Source of the DNA: Lama guanicoe | Taxonomy: Eukaryota | Direction: 5' to 3' | Assembly: GCA_013239625.1 (NCBI GenBank) | Contig: MU053652.1 | Location: forward strand, 1,240,001-1,302,000 | Length of the DNA: 62,000 nucleotides | Shown: positions 22,636-35,999 of the stretch, piece by piece | Numbering within the stretch: the first letter of the stretch is position 1 | Layout of the letters: each line of letters begins with the position of its first letter | Translations under genes and position numbers: made by a program | The notes under the pieces: generated by a model | Seen by the model: the letters and a program-made list of their open reading frames with translations, nothing else | Told to the model about the DNA's origin: nothing | Database searches by the model: none

Positions 22636-25277
22636 GTAAGTATTAAAGATTTAGCAGAAAGGTCTTGTCTGCAAGGAAATCTCTGATGTTTGTGAAAAGC
22701 TTGTCAATTTTCAGTGTTGATGATATTCATGTTCTCTTTGCTTAGATTTTCTTTATTTTTGCCTTTCATAAGTGGCTGACAATTTGCTAAGATTAACCAT
22801 CAAGGACTTTTTGGCGGATAACTTGAGAATTATTGAAGAAAAGATCTACACAGAGACACAATGCATCTCGCCTGAAGGAATAGTGTTTGTTTGCTCCCAT
22901 CTCCCCTGCTTTTGGTTTCCTTGTATTAGAAACCTCTAGGGTGAGCAGCCTAGCTTGTTTCTGTCCTTACTGGCGGCCAACAGATGTTAGTCTCCAGCAA
23001 AGGTAAGGTTTGATCAGTCACTTTCTGAATTTTAGAAAGGGTAGACATGGTAGAGCAAGGGCTTTGGGGAGCCGTCTTTTATGAGAAAACAAATTTTTTT
23101 TCAAAGAAAATATTTTTAAAAATTTAAAAGATTACATAAACGTGTTTCAGAATGATTATTAATAGAAGAAAATTTAAGAGGCACTCATAAATCTTTCATT
23201 CTCATGTAACCAGAGTTTACACTGGGCTATTTCCCACTAGATAATTTTTATTCCTAGGTCTGTTTTCTATTTAAGACTTTGGAGAGTGCTGTAAATAGTG
23301 TTCAACACCATGAACATCATGAACATTTTCTTGTATCGGGAATATTGTTTTTAATGGCTGAACAATACTGTCTTATGCATGCAGTGTGACTGATTGAATG
23401 ACTTCCCACTGTTAGATAAAGTGGGGCTGTCTGGGTGAAGCCTGGGGTTCTGACTATTTAACTCTCACTTTAGCTTTCCTAGAAACCCATGTCACTTCTC
23501 TAACTTCACAGCTTTAGTGCTCATTGGAATATAGCTGAGAAATCATTGGTGGGGTAAAATAGGACTACATAGTGGAGAACTTCAAATTCAGAACTCAGGT
23601 GATGGGTTCTTAGTTTGACAGGCAGTTGGGAACTGTTAAAAATGTATAAGGAAAGGGTCAGTTTGTGTTCTCTCCTTTTCTTTCCCTTGGTCCTTTCTTT
23701 GAGAGACTAACCTATGACCAGATGCCAATAGAGAAAATACAAGGAAGCCAATGTGTAATGAATCTATTTTTTCAGTGACTAATCCAGGATCCAGGCTGAA
23801 TGGGTAGGCAGTGAAACCAGAACACAGGTGATAGACTAAGAAAGGAATGTCAAGGTACTGGCTGGTGCCACCATGAGGACACACATACTGGGTGGAATAA
23901 GAGATGTGGAAGGAAAGTCATTCTTTGTGGTTGGGGAATAATTTCAGAATTAAAGACGTTAGGTCTTAAGTAATTCCATCATTAATGACATCTGCTATGC
24001 TCCTGAGTTTGAGGGTTTTTGGAGGAACTGAAAACGTGTTGGGCCACTATGTTGAAGGGTTGTTTCCAGGAATGTTACAGTTTCCCAATTTGAAGGCCGG
24101 GGATGGAGTGGAGAGGGTTAATGATGTATATTTTAAGGATGGCTCAGGAACAAGCTTCAGAGTTTCTAGTGAGTGGAAGAATTGTTGGTTGGCATTTTGC
24201 TTTGTGCCCCAGCTTTTGCCTCTTTTCCTTAAAGCACTCCTTTCTTAACTTCTCTTTGCCCAAATTTGGGCATACTGTCTTTAATTCTCTTAGTTCAGGG
24301 AGATAAGCAAGATAGGGATTTTTCAAAAAAACTCATTAAATGCACACACACGATAAGCCATAAAAAAGGAGAGTTTTCACAAGAAATATGAAAAGTATTA
24401 AAAATTTCTTAACGGTAACTGTAAAATATTATGTAATATAGTTTAGTTGGAGTAGTATATCTTCAGCCCATTTGTTCCTTGTACCTTATATATTATATCT
24501 TTTTCCTGACTGTTTTTTGTTTGTTTGTTTGTTTTCAGGTTAAGCCTAAGAAATTGGCATTGTAGGTCTTGTCTTTACTGATTCTGGGGTTGTGGGGTAT
24601 AGGGGGCAAATTACTATACTCACACCTCCTGAATTTTAGCATCTATCATAATACTGGCCAAATAGAGCCCTCAGAGCACTTAGGGACTAAGAGTAGAATT
24701 TATACAATATAGTTATAGCTGATTCAGAGGATTCTGCCCTGGCTTGTGCATTCTCAGACATTTCAGTGGTAGTTCATGGCCACAGCAGCATGGCTGCCTA
24801 GAGCAACTTAGGTACCTGTGACTCTCAACTTATTCACCAGTTTACCCCCGTTATTGTTGTTACTCGTTATTATAGAAGACATGCATATTTGTTAGGTAAA
24901 GATCAGAAAATAAACACGAAAATATTAAGATCATTTAGATACCTGTTTTGTGGAGATAGTTACTATTAACATTCTGGTTTATTGTCTTAGATCCCTTTTC
25001 ACATTACACTGAGTCTGTATAAAACATTCATATTAATATGTGTATTTGTATTTCCCCAAACATAGATGATAGTATACAGTCTTATAACTATAACTCTTAC
25101 AGTAGCCTTCACATTAATAAACTTTAGACTGTATGATAAAGGTCTTTCTATACTAATATGTATGTATTTGCATGATCACTTTTAATGGTTAAGTGTATTT
25201 TGCTGAATTTTCCTGTAATTATTAAAATATTACAGGGATATTATATAAAATTTGGAAAATGTAAAAGTTATGAAGGA

Positions 25278-25985
25278 ACCACCTCAAACCCATTTGGATG
25301 GCTACCATTTAAAAAAAAAAGGATAATAACAAATATTGGCAAGGATATTCTGGGAATGTAAAATGGTACAGCCACATTGGAAAATGGTGTGGTTGTTCCT
25401 CAAAAAATTTAAAATTAGAATCACTATATGATTTGGCAGTCCACACTTCTGGGTCTTTATCCAAAAGGATTGAAAGCAGGATCGCAAAGAGATTTTTGTA
25501 CATCCATGTCCATAGCAGCATTATTCATAACAGCCAAAAGGTGGAAGTAACCCAAATGTACATCAATAGATGAATGCATAAACAAAAATGTGTTCTATAT
25601 ATACAACAGAGTGTTACTCAGCCTTAAAAAGGAAGGAAATTATGACGCATAATACAACATAGATAAACCTTGGAGACATTATGCTAAGTGAAATAAGCCA
25701 GTCACAAAAAGACAAATACTGTATGATTCTACTTGTATGAGGTATCTGGAGTAGTTAAATCCAGAGACAGAAGACAGCAGGGTGGTTACCAGGGACTGAA
25801 CAGAGGGAGGAATGGAGAGCTTCTTAATGGGTGTGGAGTTTCGGTTTTGCAAGATGAAAAGAGTTCTGGAGATTAGTTGTACAGCAATGAATGTACCTTA
25901 TACTCTGGAACTGTATACTTCTAAATAGTTAAGATGGTGAATTTTATGTCATGTATATTTTACCACAATTAAACATTAGAAAATA
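25278..25985 (+). mobile_element. L1MB-type 3' end (5'-truncated)
   Basis: ORF2 C-terminus and 3'UTR hallmarks: gggaatgtaaaatggtacagccac, catagcagcattattcataacagccaaaaggtggaag, atgctaagtgaaataagccagtcacaaaaagacaaatactgtatgattc, aagatggtgaattttatgtcatgtatattttaccacaatt. Possible decayed TSD aaaagttatgaaggaa / aataattactaaggaa. Confidence 0.95.
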
Positions 25986-27299
25986 ATTACTAAGGAAGTA
26001 GTATTGTTGCATGTATAGTTAATGATTAGAGGGTATAAAGTTCTTTCTGCCTCCTCATTCCATGTATACAGCCTAGGTTTCAGATTCTGCATCCCACCAT
26101 CCTGGAAAACATGTGTTGGAGAACATGACTTCAAGCCTATATTGTCCCTTAGTCCCTTGATGGGGGGGGGAAGTGGCATCTGGGGAAGCAGACATCCTCA
26201 GAACCCATGACTCAAGTGAGAGTCACCCTAAGAACATTAGCATTGTTCTGCTGTGAGTGCTGGGCTCCGTGGTTGCCATTCTTAACCCTAATATATGGAA
26301 TTCTTTTGAGTGATGGCCAAACATTGATTTGTTCCTCTTTATTTAGAACCCAAATACTGCAACCAACAAGAAAGTAAAGTTTGGATTTCACACATTTGAA
26401 GGAATTGGCAAGCTGTCTTTCAGGAGAACTAGAGGGGAAAAACCCAAAACTGATGTTATGTTGGTTCTGTGAAATAAAGCTAACTCTTCACCGACCCCCT
26501 CCCCCTTCTCCACCCACGAACAGTTGACATTTAGATTGCTGTCTTCTTAGATGTGAGTCCAGGCTTTTCTTCCCACAGTTGTAGCAGCTAGCTTTATTGA
26601 AGCTCTTTGAAGGGCAAAGTCATGGTGGCCCTGTTGTTGAAGTTTTAAAATAGGATCAGATGAAAACTTTCCCCTTTGGAAGAATTGCTTTAGCTGGAGA
26701 AGCTGTTTAAGTCCTGCTCTAGTTTCAAAAATTGTATAGCAGCCCCTTACTCTGCCTCTCACTGACTAATACCAATATTTCAATCAGCCGATTCTACCCA
26801 GAGGTTTTGGAGATGCAGTTCACTGATAATTTAATCTGCATTAAAATGTTAAAGAAAATTCACATTAAAATAATGCTGCTCAGGAAAGCAGGAAAGCACC
26901 TCAGCAAAGAATGAAGACTCATTCAAAGGACAGGCCAGGAAACCTGTAAAGTTAACGTGACTTGACATTTGTGTATCTTTGAGATCTCATACATCTAAAT
27001 CTCTTACTTGCTGTGTCATTAGGTTTTTTTAAAGAGTAGGAAGTTGTGTTTGACTTCACAGTTATGTTTGATTTCTTTTAAAAATGCTAACTAAAATTTT
27101 GATTCACTCTTGTTAAGTTATGCTGGTTTAACGTTAGTCATTTTTTATTATCACCAAAGAACTATGTAGTATTTCCTTGTTTCTTTTTTAATCTAAACTT
27201 GAAAAGAGGCTACAATTTACTTACTTCAGGAAATATTTACTTAACTATTCTGGAGCTTATAAAACTAAATGTGAAATAAATAACCTTCACTTTTTGGAC

Positions 27300-28150
27300 A
27301 GATGAAAAACACTGTGCTAGGTACTAAGGACATATACATGAAAAAGATGAAGTCCTTAAGGAATTCACAGTGCATCATGGGAGACATGTTGCTAAATAAC
27401 AATGTTAAAAAGTGCTAAGTATGTTATAGAACCATGCTACCTATATTCTTGTGAGAATTCTTACTCAAGTGAAAGCAGGGACCTTCTTTTAACTCATTGC
27501 TGTATCTGCATTTGTTTGTTCACACACGTTTGAGTGCTTAATATACACCAGGCTTGGCAAAGAGTACATAGTCAGTAAATGCTTGTTGATTTAATAAATG
27601 AAGGATTGAATCTACTCAGGTTGTGGAAATGGGAGGAGAGAAAGTGGGGAAGACAGGAAAACATTTCTTAGGGGAGTGGTGTCTGAGTGGAATCTTGAAG
27701 TTTGAGTAGAAATTGCGTGTATGGTTTGAGGATAGGGATGGTCCAATTTGCAGTATCTCAGGTAAAATCATGGAAGCATGGGGACACTGGGACACCCCAA
27801 GAAGTTGCTGAATGGGACGTACAGGATAAGGAGTGTTGAGGGATGAGGCAGAAGAAGTTGGCAGGGCTAAGATCAAGAGGCGCATGTATGCAACCCAAAG
27901 ACCCCTGGACTATATACAGGCAAAGGTTTGAAGGGAGAAATGAAACAGTTAAATGGGCATTTTGATAGCTCTCTCTAGTGAAATGTGAAGGACAGAATAG
28001 AGGAAGAAGTGCATGTAAACAGGGATCTTCCTTTTCTATGTTCCCCTCTCCCCATCACAAACTTACTAGACACCTACTGTGTGCTAGATGTCTTCAGTTG
28101 CTGGGGATCCAAAAATAAATTAGATTTAGTTGCTTTTCCCAAGTCTCCAT
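27300..28150. mobile_element. Cluster of L2 fragments (mostly minus; one plus-strand 3' end near 27470-27605)
   Basis: cactgtgctaggtactaaggga.., gtctgagtggaatcttgaag.., cagtaaatgcttgttgatttaataaatgaa, cacctactgtgtgctag. Confidence 0.65.
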
Positions 28151-31100
28151 CTCCAATCAAGTATGGGGTTTGTGGGGGAGGTCATTCTTACCTTGGATTT
28201 TTTTTTCTACTTATATTATAATTTCTGAATTTGTAAAACCTCATAGTGTTTAGAAAAATATAACACAAAAAATTAGGGTAAGTGGATGCATAAATTTAGT
28301 TTTTGCAAGTTTAAGTGACTGTTTCACCAAGATGTCACTTTTCATCCCGTTTCCCTTTTGTCTGAAATGCATCACTGAAGCAATCAAGAAGAAGAATTGA
28401 TTAATTTTGTGCTATGTGCTTTTCAGTTCTGTGTTTTGTCTGTACTTCAAACTGTGACAGTTGAAATTCTATGGTAAAAGAGAATAAGGTTTTGAATTTA
28501 GGGTCTGGAGGAAAGTGACTAATTTAAAGGATGTAGGTAAGAATACCACTGCTGCCCAAATGTAAGTGAAGTTCTGCTCAAAGGCACGGGATACACTTGG
28601 GGTTGTCCTTTTGAAATGATCAACATGGTTTATGTTCAAAAGTTCTGTGTTAAAGAACAGTAAGGGAGATCAGTTGGGGCTTTTGGTATCATTAGAGTTA
28701 ACCAGATGAATGAAGTTGCAGTGTAGCAGTGGTTATCCCTGGTTTTTTGTTTGTTTGTTTAGCACTTAGAAATCCTTTTTAAAACTGTTTGCTATTTTTT
28801 TGAGTGCAATTTAGTACTCCAATTTTAATCTCTATTAACACGCTCCCTCTGGTTATATATGCCCTGGGCTGGTTTTCTTGCTACAGACACTAAGCCCCAA
28901 TTGTTTTGACATGCATGGCACGCTAGTTTGTTTTGAATGCCAAAAATGAAGTTAATGACTTTGAGCTTTCGCTTTTGAGAACTACTTAAATATAGAATTT
29001 CTACTTAATGTCTGAGAGATTTAAGCCATTTAGGCAAGATATTTTCCTCAAATCATTGGTGAGATTGAGGCCTGGGGTCCATCTGCAAGCCCAATCTTCC
29101 TGTCTCTTGCTCAGTTCCTGTCTTTCCAGGAAATTTACAGGGCAGGGGCCCTCAAAACAGGTGGGAGCAGAGGCTCACAGCATCATTTGTCCTCCTGTGT
29201 AAACGTTTGAATTTAGCAGGTCATTATAGTTTCCAGGACAAAGCATTTGTATTCCATCTTCTCCCTTTATATTCTTCGTTATCTTTTGTGATCTTTACTT
29301 CCTGTGTGTGTTAAAGCAGCAATATTGTCAGCTGGAATGCATACAGCCCTCTGAAGAGATTGTTAATCACATACTCTGTGGAGTGGCAGGGCAGCTTCTG
29401 GTACGTTTGTTTGCTGCGGTGGTGAAAAAGAGAACCTTTTTTTCTCAGTGTGCCGGCCTCATCTTTATGTTAAGAGCCCAGAGAAATAATAGGACTGCTA
29501 GTACAGATTTCAGTATTGCTTGTCTACTGGAAACTTAACTATATGAATGTGTTTCTCAAATACACATAGTCAGACCCCTTCCTCATCAAGATTTGTAGGA
29601 ATACCTAGGATCTTAACATTACCAAATAGCCTTAGAGAAGCCCGATGTCATGCTGAGTAGATACTAGGGGCTGCCTGGAGGAGAGAATGGCTGAGCATTC
29701 TCTGGTAGTGGAGATTAAATCTCACTGTCAAGGTTAGCGAGTCTGTCCAGTGAACCCAATGCAGAGGTGACTGCAATTTGCTGGTGTTGCTTATTTCCAA
29801 GGAACTATCTCGATCTGTGTGGCCTGTTGACAAAGTGGTCAGAAGGAAAACAGCACAGGTGAGTAGAATGCTGTTGATGTTCTTGTCAACCAGCAGTCGC
29901 ATGTAAAGGCAGCTGTGAGGAGCATCTCTGCCTAGGATGTGCTGTCGTATTGTCACTCTAAACAAACTTTGAAATACTTATCAAGTTGCTTGCAAACCGG
30001 TTGGCTCAGGGCAGCTCTTGTTGAGTGGGGTTCTGTGTGGTAGCTCTGTCATAAATAGCTTATTGAAATCCCATCACTTGGGTCATTATGAGTGTCAGGG
30101 TGAGGAATGGAGAGCACTGAGTAAAAATCCATAGGTAACTAAGGCGCAAAGGGCTGGTTATAATTCCATCTCTTTATAATGACCTGGCATTTATTGTTAA
30201 CTTATTTGCTTCACTGCCTGGTGTGAGATGAACTGTCATTAGGGCCTTGGAATTTTATTACACTGGCATCATAATCTCATTTCCTACTGAAGAGGCCAGG
30301 AAATACGGCCCTCAGTGTTTATTTGACTGGTAACAGATTAAAAGTGTAACAGAAGCATAATGAAGTCTGTCGATCCTTCCAAATCCCAAAGAAGAGTTTT
30401 GCCCGTGATGTTTTGATTGAGACTCTAAGGCAAGCGGGCTCCTTTCTGTTCAGCAGCAGTCTTTTCCCTGGCAAGTCTCAGAACCGTCAGTTCCGATACA
30501 GCCTTAGAGAATTGCTTTCAACCTGTGGTACGCAGACCTCTGGTTTAGTGAGTTCAGTAGTAAATTGAATAACAGTAATGTTTACTAGGTGACATACCAT
30601 GTGCAGTGAGCTCTGCTTCATTTTTGTTTATTGGACATTAAATTCTTTGCAGTGCTGAACATTCTTGAGCAGCTCTGTATTCATTTCTTTTAGTATGCCT
30701 GCTTTTATTGCTTAGATATGATTTCTAAACGGGACTGAGTTATGTTCTTTCTGTGTTTCCTGATGTGCCTCGCTTTTGGGGGTGGGCGGGTTTGTTTTCG
30801 TGTAGCCCGGGGTTATTCCCTTAACCTTAAAGACATTCAGTATTTTGTTCCAATGTGACTCTCTCCACTCTTTTCTTTACTAACTATATTTAAAGGATGA
30901 CTTCTCCTGAAAATACCAAGGGGCAGAATTACGAAATGAAGTAAGGCCTCCATTCTCTAGAGAGCAGGAATCTGTTTACAAACCTGCAGTATTTATTACA
31001 TACCTCATTTAGCTCATTCATCATTTTAATAGAAAAATGAGTCATTTTAGATGATTCTGAAATAATTCGAGGTAAGCTACATAGCCCTGGGCAGAATATG

Positions 31101-33139
31101 ATTTACTCAGCCACCAAGCTATTTTCAAAAAATAAAACGGAATGATCAGCACCAATAATTTATGATTGCTTGTGGTCAACTTGTCAGATGTCTTCATTGT
31201 CATAGAAATTTGTTGATAAGATTAGTTTAGAGGAGTTTTCTAGCTAACTTTTTGTTCTTCTGTCTTTTATGACAAATGGCTGCAAACTTCCATACTTAGC
31301 TGTGTGCCTGTTTAAAACAGTGACTGTAAATTTAATTCCAGATTTGTGTTTAATATTCTCTTGATAAGAAAGAACACCAGTCAGTGTCACAGGGCTAGTT
31401 TTATTGAAGATTATAAACCTGCTTACATTTTCTGCTTAGACATTAAACATTGATCCTTTTACAGTTTCTTTAGCCTTTCTGATTCTCAGGAACACAGCTA
31501 GCTGATCGCCTGGAACCATAACTCTGAAACCGAAATGAATCACAAAGTGTTTCTAGGTAGGACTGCAATACTTGTGACCTTTATTAATAACCAGCATCAG
31601 AGCAAAAACAGTTGATATTTGTTTCTAGTATTCTTCATTTAACCAAGAGCTTTCAAGTCCAGCATCTTGTTTGGTGTTAATAAATGCTTGATATGGGTAG
31701 GACATCTATCATTCCTGTTACAGTTGATGAAACAAATGTTCAAAGTTTGCACAAAGATAGAGCCAGGGCTACAAATCAGGAACACTCCTCCCCCCGCCTA
31801 GGTGAACTCATTTGGGGCACAGTTTAGCAAATTTCGTTACAATTATTACATTTTTAACTTGCAGGGGATTTGGAACCACTGTATTAGAAAGCGTGATGGC
31901 ACTTTTAGGGATAGGCATGTGATCAAAGCAGAAATTACATAAGCAAAAAAGACATCCAAAAATCACACATATGATGAACACACACAGAAAATAAAAACCA
32001 TCATAGCATGATGGGCCTGCTCAGCGTAGAGGCCGGCAGCGCTGGCTCCTCTCATAGGCCTTGAGTCTTACTGCTTAGTGAGATACTGTGTTCATAGTCA
32101 TATCGCTATCAGGGATTAAGAATAAGCTCTTGAAGAGCAAGAAATGTAGTAATATGTATTAGAACTAGTTTCCAACCAAAGTGTTTGAATTGAAAAGGTT
32201 TTGGGACTTCAGATAAATTTCAGTATTCCAAAAAAATTCTCAGCGTGTGAATCTCTACCTTGCAAAGGGTACTAGTATACTAGAAAAGTATACTACTGTA
32301 TACTTGTATAAAGTCATTTTTGAGTGGACTTATAAAAAAAATGTTTGCTGTGGTCTGTTCTATTTTGGGAAAGGTAGTTGATATAGATGTAAAAGGACCA
32401 GGTTTGTGGCAGTTAATCATGCCCTTGCCCGCAGAAGAACAGCAATATATAAAGGCAAAAACTTCCCTTTTTTTATGTACAATGCAGACTGTTTATTTGC
32501 AGGGGAGGTAAGAGATGATTCAGTTCATTTTCTACTGTGGATAATTAAGGTGCATTAATCTGGCAGGATGCCTGTTGAGAAAAGAGATAAGCATGCTACA
32601 ATAGATTATTTTTAAGAGTAAGTGTAATGTATGTTGTGTCTTCTTTACTCATGCAGTAGATTTGATCAGTTTTGTGTTTTGGGTTTTCATTGAACTTTGG
32701 GACAAATTTAGGGTGAAGATATTCCACAGTTTTTTAAAGTCAAGCTCTGAAGAGAATTTTAAAAATTATGTCCTTGACCATTTTGAGGATTTGTGAAATA
32801 AGTTAATAAAAATGAAACAAATTTCGGATGTAGTTCTATCTATTAATGTATTTTTCAATTTTATTCAATAATCCCAAGAATAATTCTTATTGACAGCAGT
32901 TTAATTAATGTAACAGAAAATTAGTGTATTTCCCAAGAATAGACTCCTCACAGCTCTGGTGGATTGATAGGAAAGAGCTGGTAACTAATTTTTACTTTAA
33001 GTCTACTATTGTAAAATTAAAAGCTGAGTATACACATTGCTAGGTCAGTTATGTGTATGTATGTGTGTGCACTTTGTGTTGCATATGGTAAAGTCATTTC
33101 TTAGATGCTATAAAATTAGAATTTTAAAGTTCATTTCTT

Positions 33140-33543
33140 AAATTTTTTACTTCGAATTTTTAGCTTATGGAAAAGTTGTAAAGACAAAGAATTTGAGTTA
33201 GATTCATCTATTTTTAAACATTTACCACACTTGCTTTATCATTCTTTCCCTTTCTACACCCAAGTGTATGTGTACACACAAACAGACGTGCGTGCACACA
33301 CACATTTTCTGAACCAGTGGAGCATGGGTTGCAGACATCATGCCAACTTGCCCCTTAGTATTTCTGCCCCTTAAAAATTGTGTTATATAACCAAGTACAG
33401 TTGTCAAAACCAAGAAATTTAGTGTTGATGGAATGTTTTAACTTTTAATCAAGATTCCAATAATATTTGTTACCACAGTTTTTCCTCCTGGAACAGGATA
33501 CATTCTAGGGTCATATATTTCATTTACATGGTTGTCATGTCTT
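33140..33543 (-). mobile_element. L1MC4/5-type 3' end
   Basis: aacatttaccacacttgctttatc..ttttctgaacca..gttgcagacatcatg..ataaccaagtacagttgtcaaaaccaagaaattta..gttgtcatgtctt. Confidence 0.78.
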
Positions 33544-35969
33544 AAAACATTTTAAACATGATTTGCAAACAAAAGGATCAAGACGGATACTGTATTAACC
33601 TCGGTTTATGAGTTCTTGCTGTCATTACTGGAGTTTTAGGAAGATCAAAATAGAAAGGATGAAGAGGTGGAGAGTTTCATTCAGACATACAGATTAATAC
33701 TGTGTGTTATGGGTGAAGAAACGATTGTTTTGGATATTTTCTTTTTATGAACCAAAACTAAAACAAGTTATATGGTTTCACAAACATCTGTGTAGATTCT
33801 GTGTCTTTGAAATATAGCAGGCATCCAAGTTGTATCATTAAAAATTATTAAAGAGTAAACTGTTTCCGTATTTTCTACAGAGTTTTTGGAACAGTAATTT
33901 TATCTGAAATAACCTTCTCTCCACACCCCACCACCACCCCCTCCCTAGGTACTGCTCCATATAATTTTAGGCAAATTGCTTTTTTTTTTCTTTATGCCCT
34001 TTGTTTCCATCTGTTTAAAATAAGGACAAGGTTGTTAATGCACTTTTCTTTCAAGTCTGTTACCTTGATGAATAAATATATAAATACAGGAGTTTTAAGA
34101 GAGGACAAAGTTCTATATACTTATAAATTGACTTTTCATAAAGTAATTTTGTTTTATGAATAGGTTACCAATTCCAAGAGTCACATCTATTTTAATTTTC
34201 TTTAGTTATTAAAAACAGTTCATTTAAAAAAAGAAATAGTTTAAGTTGAAAGCCTCTATTTTCTTGTTTAAGTTGTATTTTGGTTATTGAAAACTTATTC
34301 TGATGAGTAGAAGTGATTTAGTCATAGGCAGAGTATAAGTGCTGTTAGCAGTCACTGTATTGAAAAGGTCACAATGAGAGGGGTTCTTTCTGGAGACGTA
34401 AGGGGATGGGGTCTTTTTGCTAGTATGTGTTTATTGGCTTAGAATGAAAACTCAGACCTTTGTTAGCCAAATAAACTTAAATTGATATATAAAATATTTA
34501 TACAATCAAATTAAAAGACCTTTAAAAAGTGACTTAAATGCCATACATTTCTGTATTATAGTGGATTAAATACTTTTGCTACCTCTAAGTCCAAAGATTC
34601 ATCTTTTTAAATGCTTACTTTATTTCCCATTTATTTTCCATTTATTTCTTCAATTCACTAAAAATCACTTGTTAATTTTTAATATGACCATTGTATCTCT
34701 ACTTTGCCCATTTGTGACATAATTTTTCTTCCTTTCCTAACACCCCATCCCCAACCCCCATGTTAAATTTGTGACCCAAGGGCAATGGCGTCTTTGGAAT
34801 GTTCCCATCATTCCCTGTCATGCACAGGGGATGGGAAAACGAATTGGTGCTTCAAATTTTTTCTTTGAACTCCTTGAGAAACTCAGTATATTATAAAGAA
34901 ACTGGCTCAGTTCCAACCCTGAAGGCATCAAAAAGAACAAGTTCTAAATAACATCCTCCTCTAGAATACAGCATATTTTCACCATGTATCTCTGTCTTGT
35001 AGATCACCATTTCCAGGATATATCTATAGCTATACATATGCTCTGCCTGTATATTGTACCACTGCTTCCCCCCGCCCTCTCTTCTCTCTCCTCTGAGTAT
35101 TTTTTTTTTTTCTGTGAGCCTTGGGAACAGTACACAGGCCTGTAGAGTGACACAACAAAAGCAGACTCCTGAAGTAGTCAGGTTTTGTCCTTGTAAATGA
35201 CATGGTACAAATGCATGTGGTGGATTAAAATATGTTCACCCTGACAGGGATCTTTTGCTTGAAGTGAAAAAGCTTCCCGTCAATTCCGATTGCAACAAAG
35301 GTTATGCTGCTGCCAGTGAGGGTGAGTTGCCAAGACCGCAAGTTTCTCAAGCTCTGTTCTGGAGATACATTTGTTACTTGATTCTCAGCTTTGACTTGGT
35401 TATAATCTTGTCTTGGCATGCTTTATTTCCAGAATACATCAGTTTTCATGTTTCTTTGGCTTTTTCTCAAGATTTATGAAGGCGGGTGTGGGGGATTTAG
35501 CTTTTTGTCTGGCAAGTAGCAAAGCCTGTTTGAGTTCCCTAATCAATAATTGTAAAATAACTAGGAATTGATCCATGCCAGCTGTAAATCCATCCATGCA
35601 ATTCTATTAGTGTCTGTCGTCCTAGAGAAGCTGTACAAAAGACATTTCTGTCCCCATGTCACTGAAGATGGGACATGAGCCAAGTAGCAGGCAGCTGTGT
35701 ATTAAGGGAATGTTCTTAAAGTGTCCACAGTTTGATACAAGGCTTTGGGAGCTGTTCCCCAGATTTATAGTATAGACATTGCAGGAGGTTGAAAAAAATT
35801 TGTGTCATTTAAGTGTAACCTAGTTTGGGAACTCAGAGCTTGTCCTGCATGTAAGAAGAGTAATGATGTGATTTGATGCTGTTGTCAGGTTGTGCCTTCT
35901 CCCGAAATACACTTTTCACTGATTAGGAATAACCTCATGCTCGTCTCGATTTGATCTGTAATTCTTCTT

Positions 35970-35999
35970 TTGATCTTAGCCAAAAGGCTGAGAAACCAT
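35970..35999 (-). pseudogene. 3'-truncated (tailless) U2 snRNA retrocopy, U2 nt 1-30
   Basis: Reverse strand ATGGTTTCTCAGCCTTTTGGCTAAGATCAA vs U2 ATCGCTTCTCGGCCTTTTGGCTAAGATCAA (27/30). Flanked by direct repeats gatctgtaattcttctt (35953-35969) / gatctggaattcatatt (36000-36016). Confidence 0.88.

Noticed and set aside
22465..22686. 73-aa ORF as a standalone gene or processed pseudogene
   Set aside because: Only 22518-22635 matches MIC19 and it is bounded by canonical splice sites. The flanks are intronic.
24531..24545. Recursive splice site (cag|gttaag)
   Set aside because: The reconstituted donor GTTAAG is a poor match to GTRAGT. The site is kept only as a candidate acceptor.
35970..35999. 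Functional U2 snRNA gene
   Set aside because: Only 30 nt are present, without the branch-point recognition sequence, Sm site or 3' stems, and it is flanked by a TSD.
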